DNA of 24,000 nucleotides from Candidatus Acidiferrales bacterium. GTDB lineage: Bacteria; Acidobacteriota; Terriglobia; Acidiferrales; UBA7541. Positions 10,166-17,316 of this stretch are shown here, in pieces. The stretch covers positions 131,356 to 155,355 of the forward strand of contig JBEKUY010000002.1 of NCBI GenBank assembly GCA_049514555.1. The letters are read 5' to 3'. A program made the position numbers and the translations under genes. How positions within the stretch are numbered: position 1 is the first letter of the stretch; each line of letters opens with the position of its first letter. The notes beneath the pieces are model-generated. The model ran no database searches, was not told where the DNA came from, and saw only the letters and a list, made by a program, of their open reading frames with translations.

Positions 10166-11236
10166 ATGCTCTTACGTATCTCTCTATTCTTGACTCTACT
10201 GTTTCCGCTGGCACGACTCCCTTCGAGCACGCAGGACGTTTCGCCAAGCGGTCCGAAGCCGGGGCTCACCGAGCTTGAAAACGCGCGCGTGCGAGTCTTC
10301 CGCTATGCGGTTCCACCCCGAGAGACGATATCCCTGCCGACGCTGAATCGAGAAAGCCTCGTTCTCTCCGTTCGCGGAGGCCTGCTGCAGCTGATTTCAG
10401 GAAATGAGGCCACGGAGGTTCTGAATGTGGAGCCGGGAAACGTTGCCTGGAACCGAGGCGGAACAGCCGCCTCGCTCAAGAATCCGGACGAAGTCCCCGC
10501 GGAAGCGTTGCTCGTCGAGCTAAAAGACTCCTACGCCTTCGATCAGATTCAAGTGCCCCGCTCATCGTTCGACCCCGGTTATGTCGATCCCCGGCATTTT
10601 CACGTCCAGTTCGAAAACGAGCATGTGCGCATTGTGTTGGTCCAACTGAGGAGCCACGAGAGAACCGAAGAGATTCAGTTGGCGGCACGGCTTCAGATCT
10701 CTCTCACGGCTGCGCACGAGAACGACACCTCTGCCAACGGCTCCTTTCAGGAAAAACAGTGGGGCGCCGGATCGGTCTCCTGGGAGAAGGAGAAGCTTGC
10801 GTCCATTGAGAATCTGGAGGGAGATCCGCTGGAGACGGTGCTTCTGGAGCTGAAGCACCCGTTCTGCTACGAGAGCCCGGAACAGATCATGCAGATGATG
10901 CCACCTTCGCTCGACCCGGCAATGAAGCCCTACCTGGACGGAGTCAGAGATGCGGTCCGCAAACATTGGGTCAAGGGCATGCCGCGCTCCGCCCGGGACG
11001 GAGAAAAAGGCCGGGTAGTGGTTGAATTCAAGCTCCGGTCGGATGGAATCGTCCCCGACGAAGAAATCTTTCCAATGGCCGTTTTTGCCAGCGATTCCCT
11101 CGTGGAAGCGGCCATCTCGGCGATCCGGAAGGCTGCTCCGTTTCAGCCTTTCCCTCCCACATTTCAGAAACCGGAAGCCGAGTTTCGATTTGCTTTCCTC
11201 TATAACCTTCCCACACATTCGCCTGGGTGCCCGTAG
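10166..11236 (+). CDS. Secreted protein with tandem duplicated module and TonB/TolA C-terminal-like domain
   Basis: It has an N-terminal signal-like segment, MLLRISLFLTLLFPLARLPSS. Two modules of about 110 aa are related: ENARVRVFRYAVPPRE...EALLVELK and ENEHVRIVLVQLRSHE...ETVLLELK. The C-terminus KGRVVVEFKLRSDGIVPDEEI...SLVEAAISAIRKAAPFQPFP resembles the TonB_C fold signature. Confidence 0.6.
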   Translation: MLLRISLFLTLLFPLARLPSSTQDVSPSGPKPGLTELENARVRVFRYAVPPRETISLPTLNRESLVLSVRGGLLQLISGNEATEVLNVEPGNVAWNRGGTAASLKNPDEVPAEALLVELKDSYAFDQIQVPRSSFDPGYVDPRHFHVQFENEHVRIVLVQLRSHERTEEIQLAARLQISLTAAHENDTSANGSFQEKQWGAGSVSWEKEKLASIENLEGDPLETVLLELKHPFCYESPEQIMQMMPPSLDPAMKPYLDGVRDAVRKHWVKGMPRSARDGEKGRVVVEFKLRSDGIVPDEEIFPMAVFASDSLVEAAISAIRKAAPFQPFPPTFQKPEAEFRFAFLYNLPTHSPGCP

Positions 11237-11503
11237 TTCCTCGCGCACCGGATTCGTGGAATCCCCGGGATTGCACACGGGCGCTTCGGGAGCGAGTTCG
11301 GCGAGGCGCGCCTGAAGATCGGCCGACGAATGGCCCGTTGACGCCGCAGCGAGCCTCACTTACGATTCTGGCGGATTGACGCACTGAAGAGATCGGGGAT
11401 GGGGGAAGACAAGAGCACGCCACAAGTTCGCGAACCATGGGCCGTCCCGCCTGTGGTGTGATTCCGGACGGTGTTTCCCTAGTGGCGTGCCGGAGGGTTT
11501 TTC

Positions 11504-12205
11504 ATGCCAAGAGAAAATGTCCTGTTGACATCCGAGACGTTTCGCTTCTTTCGTGAACTGGCCAAGCACAACCGCAAGGAATGGATGGATGCAAACCGCG
11601 CGCGCTACCAGGAGCACGTCGTTCAGCCCCTGAGGAGGCTGCTGGAGGCGCTGGCTCCATCGGTGCTGACGCTCGACCCGCACTTCGACGTGAGCGGGCG
11701 CTCAGGCACCAACTTCTCGCGCATCAATCGTGACATCCGTTTCTCTAAGGACAAGACTCCTTATCGCGCACAAATGTACCTGAAATTCCCCGGCCAAGGC
11801 GGCAAGGGATGGGAGGGCGGCGAGCTCTACGTAGGGGTTTCTCGCAACGCGGTCACGGTGGGCTTCCGCGCTTACTTTCGCGAGAAGAGCAAGTCTTCCG
11901 CGCTCGCGCAGATCGCGTTACCGCGCGTGCTGAAGAATCCGGCGTGGCCGCGCCGACAGAGACAACGGCTGGGACACCACTATGAGAGCTATTGGTATTC
12001 AATGGAGAAGCGCGAGTGGACGAAACACCAGGGCTGGCCTCTCGCCGCTGAGGAATGGAAGGGCCTGCTCGGATGGATTGTGCGGAAGAGGCTCAAGCCA
12101 GGCGCTGCGACGCGGCCGAGTTTCGCGCGCGACGTGGCCAGAGTTTTGCGCGAACTTTTCCCGCTCTTTCGGTTCACTTCGATTCGCGCTGGTGGAGCGA
12201 AGTGA
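11504..12205 (+). CDS. DUF2461 (TIGR02453) family protein
   Basis: FRFFRELAKHNRKEWMDANRARYQEHVVQPLRRLLEAL and RINRDIRFSKDKTPYRAQMYLKF are typical of this family. A GGAGG RBS lies 7 nt upstream of the ATG. Confidence 0.8.
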   Translation: MPRENVLLTSETFRFFRELAKHNRKEWMDANRARYQEHVVQPLRRLLEALAPSVLTLDPHFDVSGRSGTNFSRINRDIRFSKDKTPYRAQMYLKFPGQGGKGWEGGELYVGVSRNAVTVGFRAYFREKSKSSALAQIALPRVLKNPAWPRRQRQRLGHHYESYWYSMEKREWTKHQGWPLAAEEWKGLLGWIVRKRLKPGAATRPSFARDVARVLRELFPLFRFTSIRAGGAK

Positions 12206-12378
12206 AACGATTCGGTGCAGCCCTGCTTTGGATCGCGTTGGCGCTTGCTGGCGCTGCGGGACTGGGAGCGATTGCTCTCTTTCGCGGCGAAGGCTTGAGC
12301 GCTACGTGGTTCGTGATCGCAGCGGGTTGCACCTACCTGGTAGCCTACCGCTTCTACTCGGCGTTCATCGCCGTGCAA
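12202..12378 (+). pseudogene. cstA: 5' remnant of carbon starvation protein gene cstA (about the first 59 codons only)
   Basis: From the GTG at 12202, which overlaps the DUF2461 stop as GTGA, the translation is VKRFGAALLWIALALAGAAGLGAIALFRGEGLSATWFVIAAGCTYLVAYRFYSAFIAVQ. This closely parallels the CstA N-terminus (..LVWTVLSVMGAFALGYIALNRGEQINALWIVVASVCIYLIAYRFYGLYIA..). I could see no CstA-like sequence in any frame downstream. The opposite-strand gene ends at 12489. Confidence 0.5.
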
Positions 12379-12488
12379 GCCACGGGCCCTGCGCGTCCTA
12401 GTTGCTGTCACGGGAGGAGTTTCACATGGAGCAGCTCGAACGGCGCTACTCGCGGCCAAGCCGGTGCAGTTGAATGGCAGGATCAGTG

Positions 12489-13658
12489 CTACATGTCGAG
12501 TTCGTCGTCCTCGCGAGGCTTGAGGGGAGTGATCTTCATGCCGAGGCGGAAACCGCGGGCTCGGGCACCTTCAAGAACCGCGCGGCGCGTCTCCGGCGGG
12601 AGCGATTCAGGGGCATAGACCCCGGCAAGATCGCGGAGAAAATGCCGGATGAAGAGCGCGGCCATGTGGGCCGTGGCGAAGGCGATCGGCGAAGTGAAGA
12701 GGCCGCGTTGGCGGATCTGATAAAGCGTGGGGAATGCACAGTCCCAGCGAATCTGGACGGGCTGGTCCTTTTTGGTTCCACGGACGATCACGGCGAGGGC
12801 GAAGCGCGCATTGTGAAGCACGCCCCGGCGGATGAGCCGCGCCACCAAGCGCGGCGTCGGCGTCTTGGGAAACCGATCGCTCACTAGGCCGCGCGACCGG
12901 GTCAGTTTGCCCTGGCGGTGCCAGCGGCGCAGGCGGTCGATCTCATTCCCACCGATCTTAACCTCGAGGTCTTTCATGGAGATGAAATGGGGCAGCGTGG
13001 CAACTTCGTCCTGCGCTGCGAGGACCACGCGGACTGAACCGATCGGGTCCGGAAAACGAAATGTTTCCGGCTCGCCGAAGCGCTTTTCCAAGCGAAAGCG
13101 GCCATCGCGATAAACCCGCGGGCGTGATGTGGCCTCATCGAAGGAAACAACCGGGGACCACTGCGAGATGGGATCCTTGCTCTCGGTGTCTTCGAAAATG
13201 CGGATGTGCACCGAATCCACTGTGGAGAGCATTTCGGCACTGCGCGCGACGAGGAGGTTGGTGAGCCCGGGGGCGACGCCGGCGTCGATGACGGCCACGC
13301 GGTTCTTGGCTTCAAAGCGTGCGGCGTAACGAAGCTGCTCGGCTTTGAACGGGTGGCGGGTCAAATGAGAGCTGAGGTCGAGATAATGCGCGCGGAGGCG
13401 CAGGGCCGCGCGCAGGACAATCTCGTTGAAGACGGAAGCGGTGGCGTTGACGATGAGTTGGGCTCTCCGCCCGGCGCGGATGATGCCCCAGAGGTTCCGG
13501 GCATTGACCTCGACCAGGGGAATCGTGCTTCGCTTGCCGAGGAAGCGCCGGGCCCGCTCGGGGTCGCGGTCGCCACACCAGACGGTGTGGCCCTGGTGCT
13601 CAAGAAGTTGTGCCAGCAGGGAGCCGGTGGCACCGGCGCCGAGGACGAGGATGCGCAT
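12489..13658 (-). CDS. Saccharopine dehydrogenase-like NAD(P)-binding oxidoreductase
   Basis: 389-aa ORF. The N-terminal Rossmann motif is MRILVLGAGATGSLLAQLLEHQGHTVWCGDRD. The motif DAGVAPGLTNLL is typical of the Sacchrp_dh_NADP family. Confidence 0.75.
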   Translation of the reverse strand: MRILVLGAGATGSLLAQLLEHQGHTVWCGDRDPERARRFLGKRSTIPLVEVNARNLWGIIRAGRRAQLIVNATASVFNEIVLRAALRLRAHYLDLSSHLTRHPFKAEQLRYAARFEAKNRVAVIDAGVAPGLTNLLVARSAEMLSTVDSVHIRIFEDTESKDPISQWSPVVSFDEATSRPRVYRDGRFRLEKRFGEPETFRFPDPIGSVRVVLAAQDEVATLPHFISMKDLEVKIGGNEIDRLRRWHRQGKLTRSRGLVSDRFPKTPTPRLVARLIRRGVLHNARFALAVIVRGTKKDQPVQIRWDCAFPTLYQIRQRGLFTSPIAFATAHMAALFIRHFLRDLAGVYAPESLPPETRRAVLEGARARGFRLGMKITPLKPREDDELDM

Positions 13659-13957
13659 GCGCCGAAAACTCTATCACAGACTGCGTGAATGCGACCCAGC
13701 TTCTGCGCCCCCTGCACCCTCCGGGGCGAATTCTCGCTAGCTCTGAAAGCCCTCCTTGGCCTTTTACGCCATTCCCCTCAGACGGGCGCGCCCGGAGCAG
13801 CTAGCTCGATGGCACATCGTGGGAAACGTGGGTTTTTCGTCGCCGATCGCCGGCAGGACTGTCCCGGCAGCCCCCGGTGAGCATCTAAGAATTTGTGGGG
13901 CGTCTATTCGCACCGCGCAGCTTCGTACACTTCTTGTGAGCCCTCTAGGAGACCGAG

Positions 13958-14644
13958 ATGATTCGGAGTCCTCGTGGACTTTTTGCTCTTCTGCTTTCCT
14001 TTCTCGTCATTTCCTCGCCCGCGTTGGGCACAACTGCCAGTCCTTGGGGAGAAGTGATTGCGGCCAACCAGGCTCGTATCACCGGCGGCGACGCGGCCAC
14101 CGGCTCCAACGTCTACGATGGCGATCGTCTCTCCACCGAAGCCCATGGCAAACTTCAAATTCGCTCCGGCTCCGCGCAGCTCTATCTCCAGGGGAGCAGC
14201 GATGCGACTCTGGAGTTCTCCGGCCCGGCACGTTGTCTACGGTTGCTCGCGGGCACTGCCCTCTTCTCTACCGGGTTGAATTCTTCCTTTCAACTCTGCG
14301 CCCGCGACGCGCGCATCTATCCACTTCCCGGCGCCCCGGTTGTCGCACAGGTTTCCGTGGTCGGCCCGAAGGAGCTTGTTGTGAGCAGCCGCCGCGGCGC
14401 ACTCGCCGTCACCGTGGACAACGACACCAAGACAATTGCCGAGGGAACATCCTATCGCGTGATCCTGGACCCGCCTGCCGATTTCGGCCCCCAGGAGCCT
14501 CAGGGTGCCGGAACAAGCGGGACGCCGCGCAAACCCTGGCGTGATCGTTTTCTTCTCGTGAAGATCATCGGCCTAGCCGCGGTAGCGGGTGGACTCACCT
14601 ACGTCGGCGTAGATGAGGCCCTTGAAAGCCCCGATAGGCCCTGA
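13958..14644 (+). CDS. FecR-domain protein with signal peptide and C-terminal membrane anchor
   Basis: The signal-like N-terminus is LFALLLSFLVISSPALG. The FecR-like pattern is GEVIAANQARITGGDAATGSNVYDGDRLSTEAHGKLQIRSGSAQLYLQGSSDATLE. The C-terminal hydrophobic helix is FLLVKIIGLAAVAGGLTYVGV. An AGGAG RBS precedes the start. Confidence 0.6.
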   Translation: MIRSPRGLFALLLSFLVISSPALGTTASPWGEVIAANQARITGGDAATGSNVYDGDRLSTEAHGKLQIRSGSAQLYLQGSSDATLEFSGPARCLRLLAGTALFSTGLNSSFQLCARDARIYPLPGAPVVAQVSVVGPKELVVSSRRGALAVTVDNDTKTIAEGTSYRVILDPPADFGPQEPQGAGTSGTPRKPWRDRFLLVKIIGLAAVAGGLTYVGVDEALESPDRP

Positions 14645-14661
14645 ACGGGACGGGAAGAAGT

Positions 14662-15039
14662 TCAGAGGGTCGCCACGACGTCAATCTCGACCAGCGCATC
14701 CTTGGGCAATCGAGCCACTTCTACCGTCGAGCGCGCCGGCGCCGCCGCAGTAAAATATCGCCCGTAGACCTCATTCATAGCCGCAAAATCGCTCATGTTT
14801 TTCAGGAACACCGTGGTCTTCACCGCGTGGCCCAACTTCGTCCCCGCCGCCTCCAAAACACCCCGGAGATTCTCCAGGACGCGCTCCGTTTGCTGACGGA
14901 TGTCGCCAGCAAGAAACTCGCCCGTCTTGGGATCAAGCGCCACCTGCCCTGATGCGTACACGAATCCATTCGCCTTGATCGCCTGCGAATAGGGGCCAAT
15001 CGGCTTCGGCCCGCGATCGGTAAATACCACGTCTCTCAT
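14662..15039 (-). CDS. ridA: RidA family reactive-intermediate deaminase (YjgF/L-PSP)
   Basis: The sequence MRDVVFTDRGPKPIGPYSQAIKANGFVYASGQVALDPKTGEF...VKTTVFLKNMSDFAAMNEVY...ARSTVEVARLPKDALVEIDVVA is a full-length RidA signature of 125 aa. I place the start at the ATG at 15039, which overlaps the upstream gene's TGA as ATGA. Confidence 0.9.
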   Translation of the reverse strand: MRDVVFTDRGPKPIGPYSQAIKANGFVYASGQVALDPKTGEFLAGDIRQQTERVLENLRGVLEAAGTKLGHAVKTTVFLKNMSDFAAMNEVYGRYFTAAAPARSTVEVARLPKDALVEIDVVATL

Positions 15040-16532
15040 TTCTTTCCCTCCTCGGAAGCAGTCTTCGGCTCCGCCGGCGCTTCGTACCGCGCACGAAATT
15101 CTTCGGGGATGCCGGGATGCTTCAGCCATAGCCGGAAGAAACTCCCCACTTCTTGATGCGTCTCCTGCTCGAGCGCCGCCATCAAGTCTTGCACCTCGTA
15201 GGTCTGCAAGCGGCGCGCTTGTACCATGTGCCGCAGCGCGGCGTGCAGGTGCTCGCGCCCGTACTTGTCCTCAAGAGCGTAGAAGAACAGCAGGCTATCG
15301 TCCGCGTTCATTCCTGCTCGCTTCGCGGACTGTCCTGCGCCCGAGATGGGCACGCGCTCGAGCGCCTCATGAATGCTCCGTTCACGACTCGCTCCCCCTG
15401 TGGATTCTTCCGCCTCCCTCGATACCGCAGCGGCATAGTCGGGGAGCTGAGCCATCGGACTTGGCAGCGTGCTCGAGCTGGGGCCTTGCCCGTAGCCGAG
15501 CCAGGTCTCGGCCAGGGATAGGGCGATCTCCCTTCCCATCTTTTCTTGCTCGAACAACGTCCCATCGGATTCTGAGACATGGATGAACGCGCAGTCCGGC
15601 GGAGGTCGTGGGAAAAAGATGCTCTCGGCCACACCGAGAGATCCATTGGGCAATGGAACGGTCTGGTCATGCCACTTTGCCGGCACAGGACTGTCGGCGA
15701 TCCATACCGGGCGCGCGTGCCCACCACGCGGACCGAACATGCCATCGTAGGTCTTCGCAATCTGCTGGACCTTGTGCGCCAGTCGCTCCGCATCCGCTGG
15801 TTCAAAAGCAGTCTTCCTCCAGATGATGACGGTGTAGGGTGACCCGCGGTATTTCTGCTCATGATACCGGCCGGCCATGACAAAAGGTGAGCGGTCCCGG
15901 GCTCCTTGCTCAAATTCAAGCCGGGCTTCGCCATCCCTTTGGGCTTGACGTTTCAACTCCCCTGTTGCGTGGACGAGAAAATCCCCGGGGGCCGTAAGGA
16001 AGAGAACCCAACTCTTCGGCGGAGCGCCTCCACTGGCAAATGTCCCCGGCGGCGGCAGAAGCGCCGCAAGCCAGACACCCGGCGGCAGATAGAACGAGTC
16101 CGCGGGGAAATCGAGCTGCGGTCCGTTGGCCTCGCCTGGGGCGATGCGGTACTGGAGATGCAGCGCATGGACCTGTTTGATGGGCCACGATGAACTCAAT
16201 TGCATACTGAGGATTTTTCCCCCGGAGTCACCCCGCCGTTCGAAGGGAATTGCCTGCCCGTCCCAGGTGATTGAAACCGACTCCACACGCAATCGGCGCT
16301 CCGGCGGAAGCCGCAGTTCGAAAGCCGAGAGCGGCTGATTGCCCGTGTTGCGGAGCTGGTAGTCCGCACTGAACTCGATGCGGGTCTCCGGCGCGGGAAC
16401 AAAGCGCACATCCACGGTCTGTTTCTCGATGCTATACCCCGGGCCCAGCGGAACAGCGCACGAGGACGCCCACAGGGCTCCCGTTGCCAAGAGCGCGGCG
16501 AGGAGAAACCGATCCTTATCAGGACGCGGCAA
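15036..16532 (-). CDS. Hypothetical lipoprotein
   Basis: 498-aa ORF. The N-terminus LLAALLATGALWASSCAV has a lipobox-like ASSC. I recognise no confident family match. The only candidate start is the TTG at 16532, with no SD and a TACAAT box 9 nt upstream, so the start is uncertain. Confidence 0.55.
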   Translation of the reverse strand: MPRPDKDRFLLAALLATGALWASSCAVPLGPGYSIEKQTVDVRFVPAPETRIEFSADYQLRNTGNQPLSAFELRLPPERRLRVESVSITWDGQAIPFERRGDSGGKILSMQLSSSWPIKQVHALHLQYRIAPGEANGPQLDFPADSFYLPPGVWLAALLPPPGTFASGGAPPKSWVLFLTAPGDFLVHATGELKRQAQRDGEARLEFEQGARDRSPFVMAGRYHEQKYRGSPYTVIIWRKTAFEPADAERLAHKVQQIAKTYDGMFGPRGGHARPVWIADSPVPAKWHDQTVPLPNGSLGVAESIFFPRPPPDCAFIHVSESDGTLFEQEKMGREIALSLAETWLGYGQGPSSSTLPSPMAQLPDYAAAVSREAEESTGGASRERSIHEALERVPISGAGQSAKRAGMNADDSLLFFYALEDKYGREHLHAALRHMVQARRLQTYEVQDLMAALEQETHQEVGSFFRLWLKHPGIPEEFRARYEAPAEPKTASEEGKK

Positions 16533-16610
16533 AGTGGCTTGATTGTAGCGAGGGAAGCTTCGGGAAGCAAAAGCCCAGTATTGAACCTGCGCGGGAGCAG
16601 CAGAAGCCCG

Positions 16611-17210
16611 TCAGCGCGATCTTCTTCCGCGATTCCGCACAAATCCGGTTTGGTTTGCCGCGTGTCGCCGGGCCGTGACTTCTCTCTCGGCCTCTGCATC
16701 GGTCATGCCGCGGTTGATCTGCTCCAAGATCTGCTTTTCGGTGAGGCCGGTGTTCTTCAGTTTGGAGATCTCCAGATTCGACATCGTCGGCAGGCCTTTC
16801 ATCCTCCGCTGCATGACCTCGACCACGCCGTCTGTGGAAATCCCCGTGAACTTCAGCGTAACTGCTTCGCCGCTCTTCGAGTCCAACTCATCCATGCGTG
16901 CGAATTCGAGAATGTCCGCCTCGGTGAAGCCTGCACGCCCCAGACTCAGTACGGCATCCGCGCTCGCGAACGGGTGATTGTGCGCGTGCGCCGCCTTCAC
17001 AAGTTCCACGCACGTGGCGTCTGCGGCGCCGGTTTGCTTCAGCCTAGCCAGTTCAGCCACTTCCGCGTCATTGACATCGAGTCCGCGCAGTTCTTGGATG
17101 TTCTCGTACCACATGCCGGCCTGGTCGAGCGGCTTGAAATCCGCAGAGGGATGCGTCTTACATCCCGCCACGCACATCAACACGAGGGTCGCAGCCAGGA
17201 GTTTCCCCAT
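16611..17210 (-). CDS. Hypothetical lipoprotein with internal helical repeats
   Basis: The N-terminus MGKLLAATLVLMCVAGCK has a VAGC lipobox. It has 3-4 related segments of about 25-30 aa (DAEVAELARLKQTG.., SADAVLSLGRAGFTEADILEFARM, SNLEISKLKNTGLTEKQILEQINRGMTDAE). The C-terminal tail is basic. Confidence 0.6.
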   Translation of the reverse strand: MGKLLAATLVLMCVAGCKTHPSADFKPLDQAGMWYENIQELRGLDVNDAEVAELARLKQTGAADATCVELVKAAHAHNHPFASADAVLSLGRAGFTEADILEFARMDELDSKSGEAVTLKFTGISTDGVVEVMQRRMKGLPTMSNLEISKLKNTGLTEKQILEQINRGMTDAEAEREVTARRHAANQTGFVRNRGRRSR

Positions 17211-17316
17211 GCCCTGATTCTAGCCGTTTGAGCTGGGGATACAGTGGGTTGTGACGGGAACGACAAGGGCAACCGGCGGTCTGCGCGATCCGGATGATTG
17301 GGGGGCTTGCGCGTTC

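Noticed and set aside
11250-11275. A cluster of GGATT/AATCC half-sites (GGATTCGTGGAATCCCCGGGATTG) after the 10166-11236 gene, considered as a terminator or binding site.
   Set aside because: The stems are short (a 6-bp stem with a 3-nt loop, or a loop-less palindrome) and there is no U-tract. The evidence is insufficient to call a terminator or an operator.
13736-13806. Two GCTAGC-containing palindromes (GCTAGC at 13736-13741 and AGCTAGCT at 13799-13806) in the divergent intergenic region, considered as possible operator sites.
   Set aside because: Palindromes of 6-8 bp are expected by chance in 300 bp. There is no extended dyad symmetry and no adjacent regulator gene.
15036-16532. The 498-aa lipoprotein considered as an M1-family (aminopeptidase N-like) metallopeptidase, based on GVAESIFF / REIALSLAETWLG resembling GAMEN / HExxHxW.
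   Set aside because: No HExxH motif is present and the spacing does not fit. The resemblance is too weak to support a functional call without a profile search.
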